From Eledone cirrhosa (lineage: Eukaryota): a stretch of DNA of 64,000 nucleotides. Numbering within the stretch: position 1 is the first letter of the stretch; each line of letters opens with the position of its first letter. Location of the stretch: NCBI GenBank assembly GCA_964016885.1, contig OZ024742.1:295988001-296052000 (forward strand). Reading direction: 5' to 3'. This document shows, piece by piece, positions 12,186 to 26,244 of this stretch. Under the pieces are notes generated by a model. The model was not told the origin of the DNA and ran no database searches. It saw only the letters and a program-made list of their open reading frames with translations. Position numbers and translations under genes: made by a program.

Positions 12186-15183
12186 CACACACATACACAG
12201 ACATGCATACACACACACGTATGTATCCACACACGTGTGTGTGAGGATGAGGGAAATGTCTATGTATAGATATCTCTATAGACAATTTAATTTTACAGCT
12301 ATCCATCTTGGAATGATATTACTGTCTTCTCCATCATCAATAACTTAAGAGAAAGATGTAAACATACCCTATATAAATACAAATTCACATATACTGTCCA
12401 TTCAAAATGTATTATATTCTATTTATACTACTCTCAGTGGTATGGAGATACACCATGTGTCCATGTGTATGCCAGTTTTAGAGTTGGTGAACTATATCAA
12501 CATGTCTTGTTAGGCGTGACTAAATTGTGTGTACCAGGAAGATTATCAAGGTCATAAAACACTGAAACAAAACGTTTCATCTTACCAATGCAAACATAAA
12601 AAGGTAGATGTAAAACAATGATGATGATGATGGTTGGTGTTAAGATATAAATATATTGTATAATATAGATAGATGCATTGTGGTTTTATTTGGTAAAAAT
12701 ATCCTTCTTGGGAATCCTGTGTGTTTTAGTAGTGGTGGTGGTGGTGGTGGCAGAGGCAATGAATGCAGCAGCAACAGCAGTGGCTGTAAATTAGCTTAAC
12801 TCTTAATACCTTGTACTACATGAAACTGCCTTAGCAAAACATTCCTGAAAGTACAACATCAAATTAAAAATTAAAAGCTTTAGATTACTGCAACAATCTG
12901 TCCATTAGTAAATATACTATAAACATTTCAATTAAATCTGGTTTTAGATATTTACTGCTAAATCTTTGCAGGATATTAAACTAAATGTTCATGAATTATC
13001 ACAAAATTCATAGGAATCTCAAACACAGAAGTAGCTGTAAAAACAGCTAGCTGCTATTATGCATAGCAAAAGTCGGGTTAAAATATAACCTCATGGAAGA
13101 CCGGGCAGAGAAGGAGGAAGAGAGGGAGAGAATGAAAGAAAGAGAGTCTAAAACATATGTTAACATAAATGCTTATAATTTATTCTCGACAGTTTCAAAT
13201 ATTACTGTTTATTGTAACTTAAGGTATTTGTTCGTTTATTTTTATGTTTTTAGTTCTTTTCTATTCTATTTATCTTAACTTTATCTTTTTTTGTGATAAT
13301 GATTGTGCATCTGTGCTGATTGATAGATGTGGTTTAGCCCCAGGTCAGACCTGATTGAGCTGACTTATTATGAAAAGTTATTCTAGCTGTCATCATCATC
13401 CTGTATGTTTTGTATATCTTTAACTACATCTTCCAATAAATCATTCTTTATTTGAAATAGTTGTATGAAATTAGGGTGATACCTAGTTGATATTTCTAGC
13501 AGATCAAGCAACTTTGAAGAAACTCCTTTGGTGTCAAGAGGAAAATATACTGTACTTTTTTACATAATAGTGGTTGGTTGGTTGGTAGGTAGGTAGTGTT
13601 AATTTTTGAATTTGTAAAAAAATAAATATTAAAAATAAAATAAAATATGAATATTTTGATCAAATTTGCCTTAGTTATTTTATCTGGACCTGTTTTCACC
13701 AACTAAACTAAATCATATCTGTATATTTTTGACATGAGGGCTGTGGGTGTTAAAATACGTAACAGTATGTATTTGGTACACAATGGGTGGGAGGTAAAAG
13801 ATATACCAGTATGTCTTTGGCACACAAGGTTTAGAAGAAAAAAAAAAACTATGACATTTTTGACACTGAAAGTGTTAAATATAGCTAATTTCATATTCAG
13901 CAAATACAAAGTATGTGAGAATAAATTGCTGATAGTTATTCATATTTGATAGATATAAGAAAACTTTCTTGATAAAAAATACAAGCTAGATATGTGAGTT
14001 ATGTGTTTATACAAATGGTAACGACATCTTTGAATATCCATATCAAAATACTTATGACCTCTATTTACCTTATTTTTCAGATATCTTTTATTTATGTTGA
14101 TAAATGTTGTATTATGTTAGTTATTCTTTGATTTTTTTTTTTTTTTTGGGGGGGGGGTCCTGTTTTTCTTTGATCAAAAGTCAACCAGCACTACCAAACT
14201 CTCACTTTTGATTCTAAATCTTTATCGATATATCCCTATTGCACTAAATATTCACTCAGTATTCATTGAATATAATAAATATGTTTGAGTTTCACAAAAA
14301 GAATTTCCTTTGCAATAGTAGTCAGTCAAAAAAAAAAAGAATTGCCACTGCATACACCTACCCACATAGACCTACCCAAATAAGATTTATTTTTAAAGAA
14401 AAGATCAAAGTGACATTCCATATCAGTTAATATTTTTTTCATCTCATCAACATTGAGATCAGTTTACATTAATAGGCAAACGTTTTTAAAAGCCACCCCA
14501 CCTGGCTTTGCTGTACTCTGCCCCACCTCTGCCATGTCTACAGATCTTTATCATCTGGCCATTTCTATAAATCAACTAGATGATTTATATCTATATATCT
14601 ATTAGTGCTATACCCTACGCTATTGGAGAAAATACATTTTTTTTCTTTTTAATTTCTGTCTTTGCTTTTGTTTTCTCTTTCTCCTATACTCTCTCCTTAC
14701 CTCTTTACAATATTCATTCAGTTTATTGAGAAGATAAAGAATTTCAGAAGATATTCATTCTATTTGAAAAAGCTTTTTAAATATATATTATGTGTGTGAA
14801 TGTAAGCATGGTTGTGTGGTTTAAGAGTTTACTTTGCAATCACATAGTACTGCATTCAATCTCACAGCACGGTACCTTAAACAAAAATATTCTTCTATAG
14901 CCAAAGGTTGATCAGGGCCTTATGAGGGAATTTTGGTAGACAGAAACTATGCATAACCTTGTGGTATATATATATATAATTATATATAACATCATCATCA
15001 TTTAACGTCTATTTTCCATGGTTGCATGGGTTAGACAAGTTGTCACATTATAAGACAATTCAGGTCACATGCCTTATCCTGCTCATATAGGTCTGTATTT
15101 TGGCTTGGTTTCTACAGCTGGATACCCTATCTAACGCCAACCATATTATATATATATTCATTTTATTAAGGCTAAATAGTGAA

Positions 15184-15233
15184 TCTTGTTACTCAGAAGT
15201 TTCAACTGTTTATCACAGTGTCATCAGACAAGA
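15184..15233 (-). ncRNA. Type I hammerhead ribozyme
   Basis: Minus strand: tcttgt-CTGATGA-c-actgt(gataa)acagt-t-GAAA-ct(tctg)a-GTA-acaaga; perfect 6-bp stem I, 5-bp stem II, short stem III, GUA cleavage triplet. Confidence 0.8.
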
Positions 15234-17544
15234 ATGGATAGATGGTTGCTTCAGATAGGATCTGCTGCAAGGAGTGTCTGAGGACTCTGCTCTAATAACC
15301 CTCACAGGAATAAGTGAGTGAAGAAAAAAGACATATATATGTGTGTGTGTGTGTGTGTGAGAAATTTATATCTGTATAGAACTATTGTCTAACCGAGACT
15401 GCACCAACGTGTATAAATATATACACATATCTAATATTTAGTCATGTAAACATGCCAGAAAATATGAATTTCCCTGTAAATAGAAAAAAAGGATTAACAT
15501 CTTTAATCGATTTCCATATTAGATATGTACCATAATTATATGGTTTAATGATTAAAAAATTTGCTTTGAAAGTTTGAGAGTAATTGGGTACAGAGAATCT
15601 GTGTGGACGCTATCATATGAATTGTGCTTATACTTCAAATAACCATATACTCTCAGATTGATCCAAGCCTTGTGATAAAAATTGGGTAGACAGATATTGT
15701 GTGGAAGCTTGTCAGATTATATCTGTAATTCAAACGGTCCAGCCTTGTCACAAATTGTATCATGTTGATTCTGCCTGAGAATTATGTTACGGGTACATTT
15801 TTGTGAAATATTCAGCCACTTGGATAGAGGATGTCTGTGGGATCAAGGCTTGGACTGGCCCAAGTGAAACCGGCAAACCATGTAGCGAGACACTAAGGAG
15901 TGCTGTCAGGCAGGACCCCCCGCTACTTAGGGATTGTGTCCTGCATAATCAAAAATGATGATGATGATTGCATATTAATTCATGGGTCAGACATTCAGTT
16001 CATTGAACAATTGAATACTAATTATTGAAACTAATGTAGTATTCATCACGTGTGTGGTGAAGGAGAAGGTAGAGAAGTGACAGAGGTGATGGGCAAACTA
16101 GAAATGAGGAGAAAAGTTTCTAAAATTGTTTTAAATTAAATTGTTAAACTCATTATAAATAATTAATTTAATGTCAAATTAATTGAAGTCAGTTATAAAA
16201 AAATGGTATTAAAAACTAATTTGTTTTTTGTAACATTTTAATATTTTATATCTTTTTGATAATTGAATCTATAATAAAAAATATTTTTTCTGATTTTGCA
16301 TTCACTCTCTTTCACATACATACGCACATGCACACACACATAGCAAATGTATCACATAGGGTGAATGAACAAAACCATTTTCCTTTCTCTTAGAAATGTA
16401 ATTTCGTGCATAAGCATAGTATGGCATAATATTGAGCCCAAATTGTTTGTGGTTTGAAGGGTAGGAAATCCCAAATCATGGTGATGCTCAATGCATATTA
16501 TGTTGCAGGGTAGGTATAGAGAAGCCCTCCATTGTGAGTATGCCTATATGAATCTTTTTCTATATATATAAACCAGGAAGTATATAACTGTGATCTCAGC
16601 TCTCTGTAGCCATTGTATGTTTTTCATGTGCTTTTGTTAGCAGCTCCTCAATTTTAGGCAGTGGACACAGAGCAACAAACCAGTCTAAAGTTTCTGGTCC
16701 GACTAATCACAAATTTGCCAAACAAAAGGTTGTGAGGACTTAATAGATAGTTTGACCATACCAAGTGAGATGCAGACCCCAGCCTACTGTCTGGAAGGTC
16801 AGTAGCCCTGCTTCAGTACTGATTTGGTCGATATAGACCCATCCAAACCTTGCTAATAAGGAAAGCAGACATTAAATGATGATGATGATTTTGCTCTGAT
16901 GGTAAAAAAATTATCAAAATACATTATCATGTTTCATTTTAGAATCTTTTGTTGTTAGTACAAATCCAACTGCGGTCACTTTTTAAATTTACCCTCTTCA
17001 CCATTTCATTGCCATGTTTCAAATGAAAGACAGTCTCTATTAATTTTGAATAATTTTGAAAATATCAAAACCAATTTAAAACGATTTAGTAATACAACTG
17101 ATTTTTTCATTATGTAGTATCTTGTTAAGAATGTAACTTAACTGAAATATTGTTTCATGAAATGATAATGGAAGGATTTTAGTTATCCCTTTTGATACCA
17201 GCTTGGCTGAGACCACATCTAGTTTTACAATGCAAGACTATCCATTTAAAAGTCTTTATGCATATATAAAAATTTGACTACCCACATCCTTGAGGGATGA
17301 ATACAAAGTAAAGGGCTAGGGGACAGCAGAAAAGGAGATGGACAGATGATATTAAAGAATGAACAGGAAGGAGTTTGGTGGAATGTATGGCAATGGCAAG
17401 AGAGAGGAAAAGATGGAGAGTGTTGGTCCATAAGTCCATGACCCCTGACTCTCAGATATGAGGATGGGATGAGGCTACTAGACTATACATATATTAAAAC
17501 ATTCCATTAATCTTAGGTGAGAACTTTTTAAAAAGTTATGTTAA

Positions 17545-17754
17545 CCCTTTAGTGTTCAAACCGACCAAAACCGGCCAGAATTCTCTACCTTTTTCTGTTG
17601 AAACTGACTGTAACTGGTTAAGGTATTGTTCTCAAAATAATGTTAAGGTATTGTTCTCAAAATAAATACTTTCAAAATCTCATAGATTCGATATTATGTG
17701 AGATATTATGTGAAAATACAATAGTATATAGGGAGCAATGTGAATGCTAAAGGG
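17545..17754. mobile_element. piggyBac-like MITE, apparently nested in an older TTAA-type element (~17187-17977)
   Basis: TTAA|CCCTTTAG...CTAAAGGG|TTAA termini. Confidence 0.7.
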
Positions 17755-18144
17755 TTAAACATTGGCTTAGTAGCAAAATATATATTTTACTAAATTCCTC
17801 CAAATCTTATATTTTCAAAATTAATTGAAACATATTGTCAGTGTCAGGCATGGTAAATAGAAGTTACATGGTGAGGATGATGATGATTTCATTAGAAATT
17901 TGGTAACAGAAGTGTTAAAACAAGAGCTTAGTATCATAGAAACAGGAGCAGTTTCATGTGGTTTTGTATCAAAAGGGTTAACTTAGTTATGCCAGCATCA
18001 AAATGCTGAGAAATTTTTTACAAAGATTACAGTGAAATTCCGTTGAAACAAAATTCACGGGATATAAAAAAAAATTTGTTGTAACGAAAAATTCTTTAAA
18101 ACGATATTGACTGAACCAAATCGAGCATTTGTTTGTTATTACCT

Positions 18145-18245
18145 CAGGGATTGAAAAAAATGTATACATACTTTGATTACATATACAGGCAATATTTATT
18201 AGAATGCTGTTGAAGTATGTATACATTTTTGAGGGACACTCTGTA
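18145..18245. mobile_element. ~100-bp Tc1/mariner-type MITE, degenerate copy of 53246-53346
   Basis: Reverse-complement similarity to the 53246 element, ending 'gggacactctgta'. Confidence 0.6.
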
Positions 18246-18576
18246 TTTAGTAGCTGCAATGAGGCTTAAAATAGGCTTATCAGAATATGAAGCAATCCAG
18301 TTTTCGTGGAAATTTATCACAAATGTTGGATGTCCAAATTCAAAATTTTTAAAGTAAAAACAAAAATATTTTCTTGGTCAAAAAGATATTTTTAGGAATA
18401 GTTAGAACAGATAATTATTCTCTAATAATTATTAGTTATGTTCTAGAATGATGAAGCTCTAACTTTAATTAAACTTAGCTTTTATTTCTCGTTTCTCTTG
18501 AGAGGGTTTAATTTTCACAAAGAACATCCAATTGCCTTAATAATAGAGTTCTCTCTCTCTCTCTCTCTCTCTCCTT

Positions 18577-18642
18577 ATAAGCCTTTATATTCATGGACCT
18601 CACCGACTTATAAGCCTTTATATTCATGGACCTCACCGACTT
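18577..18642. repeat. Perfect ~32-bp tandem duplication
   Basis: 'tataagcctttatattcatggacctcaccgact' present twice. Confidence 0.9.
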
Positions 18643-18884
18643 TCAAGCCAACAAAGCAGCCTCTACATAGTTGATTAGTTTGCTTGAAATAGCAACAAGA
18701 TCTCTCTTAAATGATACCCTTGAAAAAAGAAAGGACACGTTGAAATCATGTCTATAGAAAAGAAAATGGTAGAATACATTAGCTTATATGTCAACTCAAT
18801 CAGGATTGACATAGAATTAAAAGCAACTGCTTCATAGTCCTCAGCATATAAAATCTTTTAATATACCTTATGTATATCAATGTG

Positions 18885-19170
18885 AAGGTACATGGCTTTG
18901 TGTTTAGGGAATTTGGCTCATGATTGTAAGGTTGTGAGTTTGATTCCTGACGGCACGCTGTGTTCTTGAGCAAAACTTTATTTCACATAACTCCTGTAAT
19001 TCGAAGGGTCTGCCTTGTCACATTCTGTGTCATACTGAATCTCCCTGAAGACTACGTTAAAGGTATGCATGTTTGTGGAATGCTCGGCCACTTGCACGTT
19101 AATTTCATGAGCAGGCTGTTCCATTGATCGAATCAACTGGAACACTCATTGTCATAACTGACAGAGTGCC
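18885..19170 (+). mobile_element. tRNA-derived SINE with Meta-like domain and a distinct tail (tail fragments also ~6660-6790, 7860-8005, 15725-16030, 19515-19700, 48650-48960)
   Basis: tRNA-like head, 'ttcttgagcaaaactttatttcacat', tail 'ccacttgcacgttaatttcatgagcaggctgttcc' recurring. Confidence 0.65.
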
Positions 19171-19851
19171 TTCCATATCAACATTTGCAATATATAAAGT
19201 ATTTAGATATATCTTCACTGTAACACCATTTACACCAGGTAACATTTCTAGATATACCTTCTCTATATTACAATTTCCAGCATATAACACACGACCAGCA
19301 ATTTTCAAAAATCAATCTAGTACTTGTTAGTACTTTACTGACCCCAGAAAGATGAAAGGAAATGTTGTCCGCCATGAGATTCAAACCGTAGAGAGTTGAT
19401 TCAAATGACAGAAAGCATTTTGTCTGATGTTCCAACAATTCTGTAAATCCAACACCCTTTAACATGTCTTTAAATTCATTCTGTACATGACCATTTCCAA
19501 CATAGAATGGACCTCTCTCAGTTTTGATGATGAGCGTTCCTGCTGTTTAATCAATAGGATGGTCTGCTCATTAAATTAATGCGTAAGTGGTTGAGTATTC
19601 CATAGACACATGTACCCTTAATTTTTAATTTTAATATAATTCAGCTTGACTCGGTGTGTCTGTGTGATAAAGCTGGACCTTTTGAATTATAGGTACAGCC
19701 CATCTGACAGGCTTCCCAGCAGTTTCTGTCAACCCAATTTTATTTACTAAGCAGGAGTCAACCTGAAGCTATAGTAAATGATGCATACTCAAGATGCCAT
19801 GCAGTGGGATCAAATATGGGACCTAATAATTACAACACTTAATATCTTTAA

Positions 19852-20043
19852 CTCTTTAGCATTTACTACTATTATATGTTCATGGTAACGGCTTTACCTC
19901 ACGTAATATCGAATCTATGAGATTTTGATATTTATTTTGAGAACAATTCCTTAACATCAGTATGAGATGCCAGTTACAGTCAGTTTGAAGTGAAAGAGGT
20001 GAGAGAATTCTGACCGGATACATCTGGTTTCAATGCTAAAGGG
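19852..20043. mobile_element. piggyBac-like MITE
   Basis: TTAA|ctctttagcatt...aatgctaaaggg|TTAA. Confidence 0.65.
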
Positions 20044-20779
20044 TTAAATATCATCTGTATATCAGTATTTACAACATATAGCATCATTAGTTATCTTCTG
20101 TGTATTATTATTTACAACACAATGTCTTTACTCTAAACATCCCGTAATGATTTATAGAAAATATATTTATATTTTTACTTATTGCCAAACCACTGTGAAA
20201 ATTTGCAGTATTAGAGTAAAAACTAATTTTTATTGGGATGTAATTTTGTATTTTTCAAAAATGTCTTGCTAATGCGGTTTCATGTGGTACAGGATATTAA
20301 GGGTTATATACCTTCTATAACATCTTTAGATATATTCTGTTTACCACCATTTGCATCATCGCAATTTTCAATATATATAGTCTTTAGATACCTACTGTAT
20401 CTCATCATTTACAAAATATAATGTATTTTTTAGAGGTATACTTTTATATCACCATTTACAATTTATATCTATATATATTAATACCTTCCATATGTTACAA
20501 TTTATAGCATCTTTAATCATCATTATTTTATGTCTCTCTATTCTTGCATTAGCTGGACATATTTGGCACATGTACTGTTAGTTGAGCTGTTCAAAATGTT
20601 CTTATCATCAACAACTTTACAGCATCCTGGGTGTATTTTATTATGCCACAGCACTAAAGAAATAGTCTCATAGGACTTAGGATTTATCTCTACCCTGTAT
20701 CAGTTTTTATTCAGTGTGACTGCTCTCTATGGAAGGTTGCCTGAATTAACATCTACCTTTAATATCTTCTGCATATCAC

Positions 20780-21072
20780 CAGAGGCATAACTAGGGAAAA
20801 TAGTGCCTATGGCAAGCAGTGAAATTGTACCCCTACCCAGCACTGTATGTTTACCTATGGGTCTAATAATTTATATAAATGGTTTAATGATCCAGCCACC
20901 ATAGTGATCTCACCCATGATAATCAGAGACAGATCATATTTCTGAAGGAGTTTCTTTTCCACTCTCCGACGAGGCTTATTTGACTTTAATAGAATGTGCT
21001 CCAAGTCCAAGTGCCCCCTCTCCTTCATGTGGCGCCATGTGCCATGCTTGCCATACCTTAGTTAAGCCTCCG
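20780..21072. mobile_element. hAT-like MITE
   Basis: Imperfect TIRs 'cagaggcataacta'/'tagttaagcctccg'; 8-bp TSD catatcac/tatatcac with one mismatch. Confidence 0.7.
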
Positions 21073-21944
21073 TATATCACCATTTACAATATATATTTTG
21101 ATTCTTACCAATAATTTTGTTTATATTCAGCAATTATTGATATTTATGTCTGACACTGCCATGTAGGTTACAGATAATTCCCACTTAACCAGGTTATAAG
21201 GTGTGATGTGATTGGCTCCACGTTTGGTTTCTGTGTCAGTTTTCAATTACACAACAGGTTCACCTTAATTAGAATTGATGTATGTAATGTTTTCAATATT
21301 CCATTATGAAGATAATAATAACAGATATGGGTAAAATCATTTGTGATGTGATGTGATGATAAATTTACACCAGTGGCAAGAATATCTTCTTCCAATTGAC
21401 ATTGTACCTTTGATATCGAAATTACAGACCTCTAATTAACCTTTCTAGTTTAAAGAGAACTTTATGTGATCATATTTATTTTGATAGATCAATATAGAAT
21501 GAATATATTTATTAACAGCTAAATGTAACATCTTCATACGTGTCACCTTTTGTTTATATCACTTCATAGAATTTTAAAATATGTGTAACATGTATGGATT
21601 TATTTCTAAGTTTCTATATGCTTGTATATGCAAAGTCTCTCAAAATAGTATCCAGCCTCAGACTGGGGAAACAAATTATGTACTTAGTGGGGTTCAATAG
21701 CTAATCTTTTTTGAAGTAGTCCCCTTGTTCCTCCACTCACTGTTGGCATAATTGAGTGAAATGAAAATGTAACAAGAAAGTGATACAGCACTTTACACAC
21801 AGGCTGCCTGAGAGTGATATGACTCCACTTTAGTGTTCCTAATGTCATTACCTCCCACAGAAAAAAATATATAGTGGATGCTTTTTCTACTGACCTCATG
21901 TATATAAAGACACAATACTATACATCAAAGTACACTTCTGCATA

Positions 21945-21947
<3 letters not shown>

Positions 21948-22022
<75 letters not shown>
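21948..22022. repeat. Pure (TA)n microsatellite
   Basis: Uninterrupted TA run. Confidence 0.95.
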
Positions 22023-22024
<2 letters not shown>

Positions 22025-23709
22025 CAGGTTTGTTTGTAATGTCTACCAAAATATGTGTAGGATTCTAGTGGGTTTAAAGAGCTGCTGTTTAAAATATGAT
22101 TCTCTATAATAGTCAGTGATAGTCTTCAAGAGATAGGAGAGGACAGCCATCATATATGTTTATTTTTAATTCATCATTTTCATATTCTTCCTCATCATCA
22201 TCGTTTTTGTAGTTATATATTAGTATTAGCAATTTTATTTTTGTTTTGTTTTTGTTCGTTTCAGTTTTTGGACTGTAGCCATGATAAAGAAGAGTTACGT
22301 GAAGAGTTTTAGTCAATCATATCCACCCCAGCACTTATTTTTGTTTACTACTTATTTTATCGATCAGTATTTTATTGAATCATTAAGTTACATTTTTTTG
22401 TCATGAAACCAATTTTACCCTGGTGAAACACAGATACAGACACACACATAGGCAAATCTGTGTGTGTATAGATATGGCTTTATGGGTAAGGATTTCACTT
22501 CACAACCACATGGTTTCAGGTTTAAGTTCACTGTGTATAACCTAGGCCATAGTCTCAGATTTATTACCGGTACCTTGTGAGTGAATTTTGTGAACAGACA
22601 TTATACAGCAATCCATTGTATGTGTGTGTAAGAGTGTATATGTAGTATCTCCATATGGTTTAAATACACAGCAAGGCTCTGATATCCAAATGGTTAAATG
22701 TTAGCAGTAGAGCACCCAGGAGTCATAACCTGGATGTGGCCCAGTCCCCTTAGAGTGTAAGAAGTTAAGGGCCAAAACACTACCTTGAGTGGGATTTCTT
22801 CTCTGAAGACCTTTTGCTCTCCAGCTCTCTTGAGAGTTTCTTACCACATGTATATATATGTGTGTATGTGTATTTGTGTCGCCATGTTTGTTTCTGTCCA
22901 GTAACATGGTACTTCAATAAAAAGCGATCAATCAAATAAGCAACAAACTTCAAAAAAGTAACTGGGGTTGATAAGATGAAGCTAATCCCTAGCATCGCTG
23001 CAGTCTAATGACTTAAATCAGTAAAAGATTAACTATTATACAATACTTAACCACATGACCATGCTTGTGTATACGATAGAACATTTTAATCAATATGATG
23101 AATCTTTGTCTTAGTAGCTGAGTCTGTGAACCATTATATAAGTAAATATTTCAGTTATCTCTAAATCCTTGTTTAATTACCACAACTAAAGTCTCCTATC
23201 AGTTGTATCATTCTCTACTGTATGTATTCTATGACCAATTCGAAGCAAATACTCTTCTTAATGTGCATTCACCATTTATATTCAATATCATAGCAATTTA
23301 AGTCATTTCATTTTGATACATCAACCAATAAGACTATGGCTCTTATCATTAAAATACCCAAGAAACCTTTTATAAGATGCTATTATATATGAGGTCAGCT
23401 AAACCTATGTAATTGTAAGTGATTATTAATGTTCCCTGTAATTTTTCCAAACCACTGAACAAGATGTTTGATAATATGAGCAAAAATATTTTAAATTCAA
23501 AGCTACCCCTTTTCAACATTTTGATGTATGTGACACCAATGCAGGGACTACATGGCCACACAGCTTAGAGGAACTGTTGGCTATAACCAACACAACAATA
23601 TACAAAAAAAAAAACGATGTCGATACTCTGTTGCAACATATATTAACATTTCTGCTGGTATGATGTGGATGCAAGAACAAGACGAACGGAGTATATGAAC
23701 AGACAGATG

Positions 23710-23739
<30 letters not shown>

Positions 23740-23743
<4 letters not shown>

Positions 23744-24085
23744 CGTTTTTGAATTTGCTTTGCGAGATTTCTTATCTGAAAACGTGTGTTGAAACAGATA
23801 TTGCTATACTTTGAGAGGGTCATGGTGCCAATAAAAACTAAGCACACAACATACAAAAAACAACATGGTGTAGGACAGAACAAAGGAAAGACACAAAATA
23901 AAAATCTAGTCACTGAGGAGGTCACAGAATGTGTGACGAAAGAACTTTGACAATATATAAACAACCTTCCAGTTATCGAACCAAACAACCAACCAACCAA
24001 CCAGAAACCTATAATAAATTGAAGTGAAAACCAACAGATGCATGTGTTTTTATTGGCAGCATGACCCTCCCAAAGTATAACAATA
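23740..24085. mobile_element. Penelope-like terminal-repeat remnant with inverted architecture, flanked by (TA)n
   Basis: Both ends carry the motif 'atgaccctc..aagtata.caata' in opposite orientations, shared with the GIY-YIG element end at 60620-60645; the left end also matches its extra tail at 60646-60690. Confidence 0.75.
23909..23951 (+). ncRNA. Minimal type I hammerhead ribozyme
   Basis: gtca-CTGAGGA-g-gtcaca(gaatg)tgtgac-GAAA-g(aa)CTT-tgac; 4-bp stem I, 6-bp stem II, vestigial stem III. Confidence 0.7.
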
Positions 24086-24087
24086 TA

Positions 24088-24120
<33 letters not shown>

Positions 24121-24159
24121 GCCAAACAAAGGGTTGAGAGAATCATCAGTTGTGTCAAA

Positions 24160-24265
24160 GACACCTACTCCTTTTATACATATTGAGCAGGGCCCCCTCC
24201 CTGAGGGAATCGGGATCCTATCTTCTATCCTACTTAAGAACACTACAGTCTTGGTTAAGTTTACT
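24160..24265 (-). pseudogene. Short internal fragment of a diverged RTE ORF
   Basis: Translates to FLSRIEDRIPIPSGRGPCSICIKGVG, versus [26 protein letters not shown] in RTE-A. Confidence 0.75.
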
Positions 24266-24571
24266 CTCTTGATTCCAAATTCTGCTCACACATACATATA
24301 TGTATATATTAGTATATATACATGTGTGTGAATGTATATACATAAATATATACACATAGATGCATGTATAAATGTTTTATATGTGTTTTAATGTTTTATA
24401 AATATATATATATGTGTGTATGTATACACATACATGTTTGTATATATATATATGCATGTGTGTATATACACACACATCATCATCATCACCTTTTTTACAT
24501 CCGTTCTTCCACGCTAGCATGGGTTAGACGGGTTGTCATATTGTTAGACATATTGTGTGTATATATATAAT

Positions 24572-24897
24572 GGAGGCACATGGCTTAGTGGTTAGAGCAT
24601 TGGCCTTTCAATCGAAAGGTTGTGAGTTCAATTCTCAGACCGGGTGATGTGTTGTTTCCTTGAGCAAGACACTTTATTTCACATTGCTCCAGTTTACTCA
24701 GCTGTAGAAATGAGATGATAGGGACTGGGGTCCACATCATTCCACTGCAAAGTGGTCGTGCAGGTGCCATGCAAAAAATCACCCAGCACTGACTGTAAAT
24801 GAGGTTGGTGTTAGGAAGGGCATCCAGCAGTAGAAATCAAGCCAGAATCAGTTCCCATCCCACCCTTGCAAGCAGGGAAAAGCGGACGTAAAATGAA
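24572..24897 (+). mobile_element. Young tRNA-derived SINE (Meta-like core) with RTE-derived 3' tail
   Basis: A box 'tggcttagtggtt', B box 'gagttcaattc', core 'ccttgagcaagacactttatttcacattgctccag', tail matches RTE 3'UTR. Confidence 0.85.
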
Positions 24898-26244
24898 AAA
24901 AAATGAAAAACTATATACCAACAAACAATAGTATTAATATTTCCAAGTACATCTGTTTTTAACATGAATTTCTTTTTCCCCATTATATAGTTGCCATATT
25001 ACTTTATCTCATCAATAATGTTATATCTATTTCTTTTCTTATTAACATCTATCAGATGATTATAGATACAAAAAAAAAAACTTCTAACATCTACTCATTC
25101 TATTTTTATATTTATTACTGCCACCTATCATCATATATTTATTCTTCTTTTTACATAAGCTCTGAAGGAAAACTTTCACAAAACTCTTTAATTGAAAAAA
25201 GTACAATAATTGTTTGTAATAAATTTCATGAATATATATATTTCAATGTATATTCTTTAAATTATTTTGGCACCTGTGTTATTAGCAGCATTTTCTCTTC
25301 TTTATATCTTTTAAAATTTACTTAGGAGAATCTGATTGATGTGTCTGCATCTTGTTGCACTGTGGTAATACTAGGTTATCCTCTAGGCAACTTGGAGACA
25401 ATATATGACAAAAAAAAGTCTCTTCAGTTTTGTGAAGTACATGATAACCTCTCTAGTGCTGGTACCTAGTATTCTATCTAAGGTGGTAGAATCGGTGCGA
25501 TAATAAAATGCACACAATAGATTCTGTAAAATGGTAGTGCTAGTGCAAGGATAAATACACCCAGTCAATTCTGTAAATTGGAAATGTTAGTGCCAAATGT
25601 AAAGTGATTGGTGTTATGAAAGGTATCTAACTGCAAGAACTATAGGAGGAATACGTAACATAGGAGGAAGGCACAATTCTCTGAATTATTCAATCTTGGA
25701 CTGTGACAACCCATCCAGACACGAAAGCATAGAAAGCAGGCATGAAAGGATGATAACGATGATGATCTGAAAATATATGTGTTATTGAATTAGAATCTGA
25801 TTAGTTCTTCAGTTGAGCTTCAATTAAATGAAGTCCAGTCATGATATAACAATTCCATCCATCTTTGTTTAGTTTGTCCTGACACAGTATACTTAGGATC
25901 TTATTATCCAATGTACTCTTCCCATTTTTAAAATGGTAAGGAGATTTAACTCTGTGTTTATAACCTATAAACTGGTGTTATATATGTTAAATGGGTGGTG
26001 GATTATTGGAATTTATAAGGAATTGTATGGGATGTTTGGAGATATCTATCCTGGTAGTGTGCAATTTGAATTCAAATCGTGCTTCTTCCTGTCAGAGGTT
26101 GTGACCAGCAGATAGTATCAGCAATGGAGAGACCAATGGAAACATAATTTCCTTTGTCTGATGATAGTTGGTTCCTTTCCTTTATTTATTATTGTCACAG
26201 AAATGATAGACTTGAATAACACACTTTACAATCTGTAGTATCAT

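Noticed and set aside
1-23700. Short ORFs as possible host exons
   Set aside because: Low complexity or repeat-derived with no recognisable domains; small real exons cannot be excluded without RNA-seq
24572-24645. tRNA-like sequence
   Set aside because: SINE head with A/B boxes continuing into SINE body; not a tRNA gene
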